Virus record (IMG/VR): IMGVR_UViG_3300020188_000808
Coordinates: 203,784-267,783 of that record
Length of the DNA stretch: 64,000 nt
Strand: one strand, 5' to 3'
The stretch's first letter is position 1, and every line of letters starts with the position of its first letter. The notes beneath the pieces are model-generated. The model did not search any database. It saw only the letters and a program-made list of their open reading frames with translations, and was not told the origin of the DNA. Below are positions 1-8,779 of this stretch, one piece after another. The translations under genes were made by a program, and so were the position numbers.

Positions 1-2041
1 TCTTAGTAATAAACAAACCTGACTCAGCAACAATTTCTCTACCTGCCGCAATAACATCTGATCTGCTCTTTGGACAATGAAATGCTTCTTGCATAAACTT
101 TGGAAATGTTTCATTCGCCGCTTCACATACTTGATCATATAATGTAATAACACTATCTTTTGTCCAAGGAATTTTTCCAGCATCAATATCTGCTTTTAGT
201 ACAGGGTGGGCACTAAAGTAAACAGAATCAGTATCACCATAGATAATACTATCACCTACATGATCATATGTGCCTGTAATAACTTTATTAACTTCTGCAC
301 TCATATGTTTTGCGATAGCTCTACCTGTTAGTGTTGTTGATTGACCAATCCGCGGATCAAAGAATCTACAACCAGGATTAAGAATTGCACCATACAAACT
401 GTTCAAGTTAATCTTCTTAACCAACTGTCGTTTATCCCAAAACTCAACTTCAATTCTGTTTCCAGCATCAATAGCTTTGCCTTTTTGTTTTTGTAAATCT
501 TTACGTTCACTATACCAACGTTTAAGAAGTCCTGGAATAACACCGTCAAATTCATTAGTTAAGATAGTTCCGTTAGCAGTTAGCATCCATGGCTTGTGTG
601 AATCAAATATTAGTTTGTATATCTCAGCACCACTAAGAATTTCACTTTCACCGTTTTCAAAGTCAACAGTAATACTAATGTCTTTCTTCTTCTCCATAAC
701 TGCTTCGTATTCAATAGTACCAAAGCGGCCTTCCCAAGCACCTGCAAATGACTTCTTCTGAAGTGTCATTGCATCTTCAACCATTGCATCAGTTAGCTCA
801 GGACGTAATTGTCCTATAACTGTTGCAGGATCCATATTTAATGCTCTAATAACAGACGGATATAGTGAATTCAAATCCATTGAACCAATCCACTTGTGTA
901 CACCTTTTTTAGGAAATGCTACATAAGCACCTGCCGCAGGATCACTGCCAGGCTCACGTTTTACTCTGTTAGGAACTTGCAAGCCTCTGTGATGTGCTTC
1001 GTTGATAATTGCTTGTTCTGTAACTGCAACTGCACCCATAGTGGTCTGTAGTAACACCGTGTTACTATGTGCAAGTTCGTTACTAAGATCAATAAACTTT
1101 AGTTTTTTGTCCAGCTTGTCCAGTAGTGCAACGTCTTGTCTGTTGTACTCAATGAACGTTCTGAAGTCATTGTTATAAAGTTGATCGAGCGTACCTTCGT
1201 ACACAGTTTTGTTTTCGCCGATCTCAAGTTCGCCAATAGCGTCGAGTCGATATGTGTGTCTTTCTTCATATGTGTATTTACGATATAATTCCAAACTATC
1301 TAAATGCACTCTGCCTATTAGGTCATAGGTTTCAGCTTTACGTCCGTACTTTTCATATTCACGTTTCTTAGGAAGTTGTTTCCATAAACAAAAACGTCTT
1401 GTATCATCTTTACTTAAAACTCTTTTTACACGATTTACAGTATATGGAATATCATAACCTTCACTGTTCCAACCTGTAAGTATATCACTGTCTTGTATAA
1501 TATCAAGAAACGCTTCTAACATGTCGCCTTCTTTTTCATACAAGTATGTGTTTGGAAAATCTTTTACTTCTTCTTTTGCTTGTTCCATTGATAAGCCTTT
1601 AGGAGGCATAGCAAATGTAACTAGACTATCTAACCATTGTAAGTGTACAGTAATAGCAGTAATAGGCATAAACGGATCACTAGGATCAGCAAAGCCACGT
1701 TCTGGATCAAAGTCTGTCTCAATATCAAAAAAGCAAACATTCAACTTAGGTGAATCTACATTTAAATAGTTTTCACTCAAACATTGGAAGATTGGATTAA
1801 TATCACTTTCAAACAATTCTTTGTTTGCGTTAATGGCTAGTTCTTTACGAAACTGTTTTGTGTTTTTAGCAACAATTCTGCTTAACGGATCGCCGTAAAT
1901 ACTTTTGTACTTACCACGTTGATCTTTATAATAAAATGTGTATTTGATTGGGTATTCTGTGTAAGAACGCTTACCATCTTTTCGTTCGACTACTCTGATC
2001 ACATCCTGATCACGATCAAACTGTGCGTCTACATAACTCAT
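1..2041 (-). CDS. Family B DNA polymerase, 5' part; runs off the left edge and is absent from the ORF track
   Basis: Manual translation from ATG at 2041 gives MSYVDAQFDRDQDV. ExoI FFDIETDFD (~1710-1735), motif A SMDLNSLYPS (~860-885), motif B KINLNSLYG (~390-415), motif C YGDTDS (~225-243). AGGAG SD at 2049-2053. Confidence 0.95.
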   Translation of the reverse strand, partial: MSYVDAQFDRDQDVIRVVERKDGKRSYTEYPIKYTFYYKDQRGKYKSIYGDPLSRIVAKNTKQFRKELAINANKELFESDINPIFQCLSENYLNVDSPKLNVCFFDIETDFDPERGFADPSDPFMPITAITVHLQWLDSLVTFAMPPKGLSMEQAKEEVKDFPNTYLYEKEGDMLEAFLDIIQDSDILTGWNSEGYDIPYTVNRVKRVLSKDDTRRFCLWKQLPKKREYEKYGRKAETYDLIGRVHLDSLELYRKYTYEERHTYRLDAIGELEIGENKTVYEGTLDQLYNNDFRTFIEYNRQDVALLDKLDKKLKFIDLSNELAHSNTVLLQTTMGAVAVTEQAIINEAHHRGLQVPNRVKREPGSDPAAGAYVAFPKKGVHKWIGSMDLNSLYPSVIRALNMDPATVIGQLRPELTDAMVEDAMTLQKKSFAGAWEGRFGTIEYEAVMEKKKDISITVDFENGESEILSGAEIYKLIFDSHKPWMLTANGTILTNEFDGVIPGLLKRWYSERKDLQKQKGKAIDAGNRIEVEFWDKRQLVKKINLNSLYGAILNPGCRFFDPRIGQSTTLTGRAIAKHMSAEVNKVITGTYDHVGDSIIYGDTDSVYFSAHPVLKADIDAGKIPWTKDSVITLYDQVCEAANETFPKFMQEAFHCPKSRSDVIAAGREIVAESGLFITK

Positions 2042-2057
2042 ATTTTAACTCCTTGTA

Positions 2058-2103
2058 TGTCACTTGGGGCTGACAAAAACCAATAAGGTCGCTTATGGCC
2101 GAC
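2058..2103 (-). promoter_or_regulatory. Two tandem hairpins with GCCNNAAG 8-nt loops upstream of the polB SD (putative translational operator)
   Basis: Minus strand GTCG-GCCATAAG-CGAC (2103-2088) and TGTCA-GCCCCAAG-TGACA (2075-2058), 4 nt before AGGAG. Confidence 0.6.
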
Positions 2104-2407
2104 TTTTACCTTCATTCTTAAAATATTCATTCGCCTCTCTTGCCTTGTCATCTATCCAAATATCATAGTGTGGCTTTCTAAAACTTAGTGTTGTGTATAG
2201 TACACCCCACTCCGCAAACTGGTCTTTAGTAAGCTCACTCCAATCTTTGCCTGTGCTACCGCCTCTAGCAGTCCAATAATGTATTTCATTGCCTTCATTA
2301 TACAACTTATTAAAGTGTTGTATACGTTGAACATCTGGTTTACTAAATTCGTACTCACTGTTATTATTATAACAGATAGTTCCGTCTATGTCAACCATAT
2401 ATTTCAT
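2093..2407 (-). CDS. Minimal HAD-superfamily phosphatase
   Basis: Probable start MKYMVDIDGTIC at 2407. DxDGT motif I, WTARG, KP..D.WIDDK. Confidence 0.8.
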   Translation of the reverse strand: MKYMVDIDGTICYNNNSEYEFSKPDVQRIQHFNKLYNEGNEIHYWTARGGSTGKDWSELTKDQFAEWGVLYTTLSFRKPHYDIWIDDKAREANEYFKNEGKSRP

Positions 2408-2682
2408 ATTACGAACAACTGTATTAATGCCCAAAGGTTCATTGCTGAGAACCAAGAACAAAGTATAATTACAAATGCCGCTTGTCTAATAACTGCACTA
2501 ACAATGCCCAAAATACTTCCAACCAAATATAATGGCACAAATATTGTTGTTGCAGGGTCTAATATAGTAAAGCTCAATATTGCACTTGCTGAGATTAAGA
2601 ACAATGCCTCAATCATTTCGCAATAGAATGCAACAGGACTTAGCCTATAACTTGTTTTAAAGAAATTGGTTACTCTATTCAA
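2404..2682 (-). CDS. Small 3-TM membrane protein
   Basis: Three hydrophobic segments. Likely TTG start at 2682, just after the upstream stop (ORF track start 2712). Confidence 0.6.
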   Translation of the reverse strand: MNRVTNFFKTSYRLSPVAFYCEMIEALFLISASAILSFTILDPATTIFVPLYLVGSILGIVSAVIRQAAFVIILCSWFSAMNLWALIQLFVI

Positions 2683-2683
2683 A

Positions 2684-2944
2684 CTACTTGTCCTTGCCAA
2701 CTGTAACAACAAGTGTTTCTAGATCATCAAATTCATCAGCAACTTTATGCCATTCACCTTTTTGGGCAATCTTAATTGCTTTATTAATAAGGCTTGGTTT
2801 AATATCTAGTTCTTCTGCTACTGCTTTTACAGTATCTTTAAGACCTGTAGTTAAGTCTTCTACTTCTTGGAGTACTGTAACTCCTTCGTTAACCAATCTT
2901 TCTAGTTTGGCTTTTTCTTCTACGCCGTATGTTCGATCGCTCAT
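2684..2944 (-). CDS. Small dsDNA-binding protein (T4 DsbA / GapR-like helical fold)
   Basis: 86 aa helical, KLERLVNEG..LKDTVKAVAEELDIKPSLINKAIKI. Strong SD and its own sigma70 promoter. Confidence 0.6.
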   Translation of the reverse strand: MSDRTYGVEEKAKLERLVNEGVTVLQEVEDLTTGLKDTVKAVAEELDIKPSLINKAIKIAQKGEWHKVADEFDDLETLVVTVGKDK

Positions 2945-2968
2945 GTTATCTCCTTAATTGTTATATAC

Positions 2969-2997
2969 ATTATACACGAACTGTAAGTGCTTGTCAA
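2969..2997 (-). promoter_or_regulatory. sigma70-type promoter
   Basis: TTGACA-17-TATAAT, perfect consensus. Confidence 0.85.
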
Positions 2998-3003
2998 CAA
3001 CTA

Positions 3004-3543
3004 TTATTCAGCTTGTGTACGATGAATTGTTAAATTACCTGCTATTACTATTCGCTCTTTGTCGTTCTTCTGTGGGGGTACTTCGTGTGTTACCCAACCT
3101 GGGAATACTGCTATAAGTCCGGGATTTGGAAATATAGCATTACCACTTGTTGGAAATACTAAAGGTGCATCATCTGGAGTTGCATCAACATAGTATACAA
3201 AACTCCAAATAGCAGGATGATGTGCATGTGGTTTACAGCTATCGCCTTTGGAATATACTGCACCCCAACAATCTGTTACTTCATACTTACCACCAACTAA
3301 ATGTTCAAGACCATTTTGTACAACATCAATAGCAAAGTTAATAATCTTTTTAAAGTCAGGATCTCTAAACATTGTCCATTCTGTCATATTTGCTTGAACA
3401 TTTGTTTTTCTAAATTGGCAATCCCCTCTAGCTCTAATTTTTTCAGCTAGTATTGGATTGAGTGTCTCGGCATCTTCATATACGTGAGTATAGATGTCAG
3501 CAGATTCTTTAAACTCTAATTTTTGCACGTTTGGTATGAACAT
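3004..3543 (-). CDS. Putative 2OG-Fe(II) oxygenase
   Basis: HAH...FPGWVTHEV...ERIVIAGN DSBH signature. Confidence 0.8.
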   Translation of the reverse strand: MFIPNVQKLEFKESADIYTHVYEDAETLNPILAEKIRARGDCQFRKTNVQANMTEWTMFRDPDFKKIINFAIDVVQNGLEHLVGGKYEVTDCWGAVYSKGDSCKPHAHHPAIWSFVYYVDATPDDAPLVFPTSGNAIFPNPGLIAVFPGWVTHEVPPQKNDKERIVIAGNLTIHRTQAE

Positions 3544-3548
3544 GCAAT

Positions 3549-3556
3549 TATTTATA
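3549..3556 (-). promoter_or_regulatory. T4-type late promoter TATAAATA
   Basis: Exact T4 late consensus, 5 nt before the ATG at 3543. Confidence 0.7.
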
Positions 3557-3576
3557 TAGGGGTGTTTAATGTATTG

Positions 3577-4461
3577 TTATTGCTGGTTCTGTCCAGCTTC
3601 AGCTTGTTTCATAAGTGCTTTGAACTTACCAAACAGTTGAGGATTAGACATCATACTTTGAATAGCAGTTGCATATGGAGCAATCGCTTTAATAATATTT
3701 GGCGGTAATGTTTCACCTGATGATATTTTATCTAAGCCTTTTGCAACTTGGGCACCACTTGCTTTACCACCAACAACACCTTTTAATGCTGTTGCTTTTT
3801 GTGCAACCTGTTGTGTTTGTTTGTTATCGTCGCCTTTTGCTAAGCCAGTAACTTTGCCAATTACGCCGCCTTGTTCTGCACCAGCTCTTTTGATATCATC
3901 TCTACTAGCACCTGTGGCATTCGCCGCAAAATCTACTGCCTTGTCTGCTACTTTACCTGCAACTTTTTTAACAATGCCTGCACCTGGTGCTTCTTTTACA
4001 AATTTGTTTTTAGCTTTATTAAATCCCTTCCATCCTGTTTCGGGCTTTAATTTAACTGCACCGTCACTCCAATCTGATCCAGTCCATGTCCAAGTTACAG
4101 TACCATCGTTGTATGCACTACCTGGTTTTAAATCATCTATTGTTTTAGGTTGTTTTTGAGTTTGTGCTTTAGGATCTGGTGTCGGTGTTGGTGTTGGTTT
4201 TGCTTTAGTCTTTGTGTCTTTTTTAGAAGTGTCGCCTTTAGCAATCCAATCATCAGTTTCTTTATCGTCAATGCCACCGCCGGGTGCGATTGGTTCTTTA
4301 CTGCCGTGTGCGCCACCAAACTTTTTTGAAAATGCTTTATTTAGATTACTAAGACCTGTACCTAAACGATTGTTGCGAACTAAATCATCTACTTTACCAA
4401 GCGATGCTTTAGTGTTTAACCAACCTCCTGGAGGTGCTTCTACAAGATCTTCAACTTTCAT
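3577..4461 (-). CDS. Lys/Gly/Ala-rich putative capsid-internal protein
   Basis: N-terminus MKVEDLVE|APPGG, internal FVKE|APGAG, PT linker. Confidence 0.55.
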   Translation of the reverse strand: MKVEDLVEAPPGGWLNTKASLGKVDDLVRNNRLGTGLSNLNKAFSKKFGGAHGSKEPIAPGGGIDDKETDDWIAKGDTSKKDTKTKAKPTPTPTPDPKAQTQKQPKTIDDLKPGSAYNDGTVTWTWTGSDWSDGAVKLKPETGWKGFNKAKNKFVKEAPGAGIVKKVAGKVADKAVDFAANATGASRDDIKRAGAEQGGVIGKVTGLAKGDDNKQTQQVAQKATALKGVVGGKASGAQVAKGLDKISSGETLPPNIIKAIAPYATAIQSMMSNPQLFGKFKALMKQAEAGQNQQ

Positions 4462-4464
4462 TGA

Positions 4465-5127
4465 CTAAGCCTTTACGCAATTATCAACGGTCTTGCCGCC
4501 TTTTTTCTTAGTACCCATACGCTTGTAGCCTTTCCAGCATACTTTGCCGTCAACGCCTTTTTGTTTTTCTTCGTCAAGTGTAGTGTAACTAGGCTTGCCA
4601 CAATCTTTACATTTACTATTTGCTACTTTTTCGTTTAGCATATTAGCTAATGTGTTTTTGTATGATTCGTTTTTCTTTTTGTCTGCTTTAGAAGCGTGTA
4701 CTGCTTTACGCTGTGCATCGTTCTTGTACTTGCCTTCATTCTTTTGATTTTCTTTGTAGCAATCGCAATGTTCGCAATCAGGTCCGCATTTACATTCTGT
4801 TACAGGCTTTCCGCAACATGCTTCTGGACACATTTTTTCTTTAGCTTCGTTAGCTGTAGATTCTGCTACTTCGTCAAACTTCATTTGGTAGTCTAAGTGA
4901 TGGTAAACACTACCTAAATAATCTGCTGATTTAGTAATTTTAGCTTGTACCCAACCTTCTAAGCCTGCTGACTCGTCAACACCTTTAAGCATTTCGTGTA
5001 GTTTGATACTGTATTTTGCAATTTTGTATAGTTCAGCTCTAGCCATTTGTACTTCATGGTCTGACTCAGCTTTGTAAGCCATGTCTGCTAAACCTTCTTT
5101 TAGTTGTTTTTTATTCATATCCATCAC
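4465..5127 (-). CDS. Modular putative capsid-internal protein with Cys-rich and CWKGY modules
   Basis: Modules: LEGWVQAKITKSADYL; CPEACCGKPVTECKCGPDCEHCDC; EGKYKNDAQRKAVHA; CWKGYKRMGTKKKGGKTVDNCV. Confidence 0.6.
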   Translation of the reverse strand: MMDMNKKQLKEGLADMAYKAESDHEVQMARAELYKIAKYSIKLHEMLKGVDESAGLEGWVQAKITKSADYLGSVYHHLDYQMKFDEVAESTANEAKEKMCPEACCGKPVTECKCGPDCEHCDCYKENQKNEGKYKNDAQRKAVHASKADKKKNESYKNTLANMLNEKVANSKCKDCGKPSYTTLDEEKQKGVDGKVCWKGYKRMGTKKKGGKTVDNCVKA

Positions 5128-5143
5128 TTTATCTCTCTAATAG

Positions 5144-5151
5144 TATTTATC
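5144..5151 (-). promoter_or_regulatory. Late promoter GATAAATA
   Basis: Overlaps the TAA stop of the upstream gene. Confidence 0.65.
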
Positions 5152-5377
5152 GTTTAGCTACTTTGCCACCAAAGAAACTGTCTGACGCATCTAGTGCATT
5201 AACCACTGTGCCGTCTGCTTTTTTCTTAGACTTCTTTTTAGGTACACCGTTCTTATCACGTGGTATTTGACCATGTGCATGTACTGGATTTGCCACAGTT
5301 GCTATAGCACCTGCACTAGTACCGCCTGCTGTTGCAGTTTCTTCTAGGTCTTTTTGAAATAGTTCACGTATTAACAT
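5147..5377 (-). CDS. Small basic putative capsid-internal protein
   Basis: MLIRELFQKDLEE|TATAGGTSAGAIA, Lys-rich tail. Confidence 0.55.
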   Translation of the reverse strand: MLIRELFQKDLEETATAGGTSAGAIATVANPVHAHGQIPRDKNGVPKKKSKKKADGTVVNALDASDSFFGGKVAKR

Positions 5378-5382
5378 AGTAT

Positions 5383-5390
5383 TATTTATC
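5383..5390 (-). promoter_or_regulatory. Late promoter GATAAATA
   Basis: 5 nt before the ATG at 5377; overlaps the upstream stop. Confidence 0.7.
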
Positions 5391-6276
5391 CTGATTTAGC
5401 CATCTTAGTTGCTGTTGCATACATAACTGCTTCAGCATCTTTGCCATAACGCTTTTTAAAGTCACTTTTATTCTTTTTCATACCCTTTACTATGCGTTCT
5501 TTTTCTGCTTCTTCGTCTTTATCTAGTTCACGTTCTTCTACAGGTTTATTAAAGTAATCCTTTAATAGTCCAGCAGTACGCTCGAACTTGTGATCTTTGT
5601 GCTTAAATCCAACTCCACCTTTAGCTTCCCAGTTTCTAATATTAGATCCAAAGTCGTCAATTAGTATGTTAGGTGTACCATCAGGTTGTTTAGCCCACTT
5701 GTATTTGTCTGCGGATATAATAACTTCTTTAGGTGGAAAAAACGCTAAGTTCTTTTTAATCCATTCACGCTTGTGTGGTTCTGCTTTAGGGTCGTTAGCT
5801 AACGGAGCACTTAATATGTTGTACTCTCCTTTTAGCTCTTTAATAATGTTTAATAAGTTTTGAGCATTTTTTGTTAATGGTAATGATAACCAAAAATCAT
5901 CTTTGTCTCTAATTGTTTGTAATGCACTTTCAATGTCTGTAATTTGTCGCCAATCTTTACCTACTATCTTCTTCCAAGCTGGAAAGAAATCAGCTAATAC
6001 TCCGTCCATGTCTACGTATATTTCACTAACTGCTGATAGTTCTTTTGATTTTAATTCTTTTATTTGCGACTCAGTCATCCCCATATTAAATAAAGTATTT
6101 GGTTTTGTATTTTTATGTGCTTTCTTATGCATAGTATACAACGGCTTTCCATCTTTGTCAACCGAATTACCAAATTTCTTTGCTTCAATACTAGTTTGAT
6201 CCACGCCAACATCAGGAGTTGTGTTAACACCTTTTACAATGCGTCCTACGCCTTCTGATATCTCATGCCATCTCAT
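5386..6276 (-). CDS. 5'(3')-deoxyribonucleotidase-like HAD domain flanked by small modules
   Basis: YVDMDGVLADF...ILSAP...KREW...LIDD. N-terminal ISE|GVGRIVKG and C-terminal VEE|RELDK..FKKRYGKDAEAVMYATATK modules. Confidence 0.8.
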   Translation of the reverse strand: MRWHEISEGVGRIVKGVNTTPDVGVDQTSIEAKKFGNSVDKDGKPLYTMHKKAHKNTKPNTLFNMGMTESQIKELKSKELSAVSEIYVDMDGVLADFFPAWKKIVGKDWRQITDIESALQTIRDKDDFWLSLPLTKNAQNLLNIIKELKGEYNILSAPLANDPKAEPHKREWIKKNLAFFPPKEVIISADKYKWAKQPDGTPNILIDDFGSNIRNWEAKGGVGFKHKDHKFERTAGLLKDYFNKPVEERELDKDEEAEKERIVKGMKKNKSDFKKRYGKDAEAVMYATATKMAKSG

Positions 6277-6500
6277 TTCTTTTTACGTCCTCTAAACCCT
6301 TGTGGCATATTTTGGTTAGTCATATAAGGTCTACTAAACCAAAGTTTAAACCAATCTTGATCACCTGGTTTTACACCCATTGCTTTTTCTTTTTTCTTTA
6401 GAGCTGTTGCAGTAATACTAGGATTTTCGTCAATCTTATACTCCGAATAACCTGAGAATTCATTAATCCCTGCTAGTCGTTGTAAAGTTTTAATATCCAT
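6273..6500 (-). CDS. Small hypothetical protein
   Basis: 75 aa, LQRLAGINE...VKPGDQDWFKLWF, tightly packed between its neighbours. Confidence 0.65.
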   Translation of the reverse strand: MDIKTLQRLAGINEFSGYSEYKIDENPSITATALKKKEKAMGVKPGDQDWFKLWFSRPYMTNQNMPQGFRGRKKK

Positions 6501-8440
6501 TACTTCTTTCCACTCTTCATGTTAGCACACCAGTGATACATTTTAGCCTTTTCGCCACTTGCATTTTTAGCACGTTTGCGTAGTGCTGTAACACTACCAT
6601 TGCAACTAGCACCTGACTTTTTTACACGCCCTGGTCTGCTTTTACCTTTTTTTTTACCGTCAGCAAAGTTTTCTTCTACATTTTCGTTATGTTTAAAGTA
6701 TTCTATTTGTCCTAGACGCTTTTCAGCCGCTTTACGACTATCGTATGTGCCAAGTTTCTTTTTACCGTCTTTACTGTAGATAACATACTTGTCACCTTGC
6801 TTACGAATAGTTTCTTCTATAGTTTCTTTTTTCTTACCGTCAGCAAAGTTTTCGTCTAGCATGTTTTCTAATACTTCATCTGCCATATGCACACGAGCAT
6901 ACTCTGCACCTGTTAAACGTAGTGCATCATATCTGTGATGTCCGTTTACAATACGTCCTTTGCGATCAATTTGTAAAGGTGCATAATCGTCGTTTAATAC
7001 GTTTACTAGTTGCTTACCTAGTTTATGCCAATGGCGTTCGCTTTGTACAGTTTTAAGTTTGTCTAGTTTAATTTTACCTGGCGACCCAAGTTTCTTTAAC
7101 TGCGGAGGTGCTTTACCGCCTGTGGGTTTGTCATCAAAATGTGCATCTTGATAACCTTGAGCATCTTGTGTTTGATAACCAATACGATTAAGTTGCTTCA
7201 TAAGGTACTTCATTTCTTTAGCACCTGCATAAGGAGCAATCATAATGTCTGGTTCATCTACATTAGATCCTGCTGGCATTGACTTTAGATTAGCTAAATT
7301 AGTACCTAATTTTAAAAAGTCGTATGCTGTGTCTGACTTAGTTAAGAAAGAATTTTTAGGATTAGGAAACATTTTACCTTCGTGGTGTCCTTTTTTAAGA
7401 GGCTTTTTCTTTTTCTTTTCACTAGCATTTAACCCACTTTGAAATGTTGCAAATTTTGCCTTGCCTTGCTCAATTTTTGAGTTAGACGCTGATGGAACAG
7501 AGTCGGAAGGACGTTCGTTAACATCAACTTCTTTAGTTAAGTTAGCTTTAAGTCTATCATATGGGTCTTGTGTTGAAATTTCTTTATTTTTTGGAACTTT
7601 AATACTTACATTAATGTTTAAGTTATTGAATAAGTTCTTAACACCGTTAACACTTTTTAGTGCTTTTTGCATTAGTTCTTTTTCATCTTCAGCTCTACTA
7701 TCGTAAAACTTAATAAATTTCTGTGCTTCTTGTGGAGTAATTAATACTTCACCACCGCTACTTGCACCACCTGTATCTTTATAACTTAATGGAAAAGGCA
7801 TACTGTCTTTTCTATCAGCAATGTTATATAATACTTCAATCTTTGGTCGTTGTTGCTTTACACTATATTCATCTAAACTTTCATCAACAATGCCCATGCC
7901 TTTTCTAACTTGGTCATACATTTGCTGTGCCATCTGTGCATTAGCAACACCTTGTTTGAAACTATCAAAGTCACCTTCTTGTGCCGCGGCTCTCATTTTA
8001 CTTGCACTCATGCCTTCAGCACCATCTGCATCAGGATCACGTTCGCCTGCACTTACAATGTTAATACTGTTAAAGTTATAGTCTTTACCGTTGTAGTCAT
8101 TTAATAATTTAGTAAATGAATCAACTCTGTCTGAACCTGCTACATATATAATATCTGTATAGCCTTTAGCTTCTAGACTTTGCATAGCTTGGATAATAGT
8201 TTTTACTTTAGGATCACCTATTTCAATACCTGGAAAACTTTTAGATGCAAAGTACATCTTTTCTGGGAATGGTAGTGGATCTGTTTTAGGTTTTTGTGTT
8301 TGACTTAAAAATAAAAAAGGATCGCCCTTTTGTGATTTTACTACGTCAGCTAATTTAGCATGTCCAATAGTTGGAGGATTCATTCTTCCAAATGCAAACA
8401 CCGCAGTCTTAGGTGCTTCAAAAAGCTCACGTAAAAGCAT
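6500..8440 (-). CDS. Multidomain protein: cytidyltransferase-like (HIGH) domain, ParB/Srx-like domain and small basic modules
   Basis: FAFGRMNPPTIGH, AGSDR, RDPDADGAEGMSASKMR. ParB-like LQIDRKGRIVNGHHRYDA. ENFADGKKK occurs twice. Confidence 0.8.
   Translation of the reverse strand: MLLRELFEAPKTAVFAFGRMNPPTIGHAKLADVVKSQKGDPFLFLSQTQKPKTDPLPFPEKMYFASKSFPGIEIGDPKVKTIIQAMQSLEAKGYTDIIYVAGSDRVDSFTKLLNDYNGKDYNFNSINIVSAGERDPDADGAEGMSASKMRAAAQEGDFDSFKQGVANAQMAQQMYDQVRKGMGIVDESLDEYSVKQQRPKIEVLYNIADRKDSMPFPLSYKDTGGASSGGEVLITPQEAQKFIKFYDSRAEDEKELMQKALKSVNGVKNLFNNLNINVSIKVPKNKEISTQDPYDRLKANLTKEVDVNERPSDSVPSASNSKIEQGKAKFATFQSGLNASEKKKKKPLKKGHHEGKMFPNPKNSFLTKSDTAYDFLKLGTNLANLKSMPAGSNVDEPDIMIAPYAGAKEMKYLMKQLNRIGYQTQDAQGYQDAHFDDKPTGGKAPPQLKKLGSPGKIKLDKLKTVQSERHWHKLGKQLVNVLNDDYAPLQIDRKGRIVNGHHRYDALRLTGAEYARVHMADEVLENMLDENFADGKKKETIEETIRKQGDKYVIYSKDGKKKLGTYDSRKAAEKRLGQIEYFKHNENVEENFADGKKKGKSRPGRVKKSGASCNGSVTALRKRAKNASGEKAKMYHWCANMKSGKK
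6654..6853. repeat. 20-bp direct repeat TTACCGTCAGCAAAGTTTTC, 180 bp apart
   Basis: Identical copies at 6654-6673 and 6834-6853 encoding ENFADGK. Confidence 0.9.
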
Positions 8441-8778
8441 TAGTACTCTCCGTCTCTAAGTGCTTCCATTTCTTCACTACAAATTACTTCTGCTAAAGAT
8501 TTATATTCTTCTTTAGTTAAAAGTTTTGTAGGATCTTTTGAAATGTTAAATTTATTACAATACTGTTCACAGCATCTATCAATCATAGGTGATAAATCTT
8601 GAGGTACTGGACTTTTGCCGCCTTTTAATTTATCTTGTAGTTTTGCCATTGTTGGATAATACTGTTTGCGATAGAACATTGGGTCGTTCTTCATAAACAC
8701 TTGTAAGTCGCCAATGACATCAAATCCTAACTCATTTTCTTTTGTTGGGTCTAAATCTGCAAACTCAGTTATTTTCAT
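8440..8778 (-). CDS. Hypothetical protein
   Basis: Probable start MKITEFAD at 8778, right after the upstream stop. DL.VFMKND.MFYRK.YYP. Confidence 0.65.
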   Translation of the reverse strand: MKITEFADLDPTKENELGFDVIGDLQVFMKNDPMFYRKQYYPTMAKLQDKLKGGKSPVPQDLSPMIDRCCEQYCNKFNISKDPTKLLTKEEYKSLAEVICSEEMEALRDGEY

Positions 8779-8779
8779 A

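Noticed and set aside
1-2041. Intron or intein in polB (also considered for thyX, ligase and clpA)
   Set aside because: Motif spacing and protein lengths look normal; no homing-endonuclease or splicing motifs seen.
6647-6655. A9 run as a programmed frameshift or phase-variation site
   Set aside because: It encodes the KKK of the repeated ENFADGKKK module, the frame is intact, and no useful alternative-frame product is evident.
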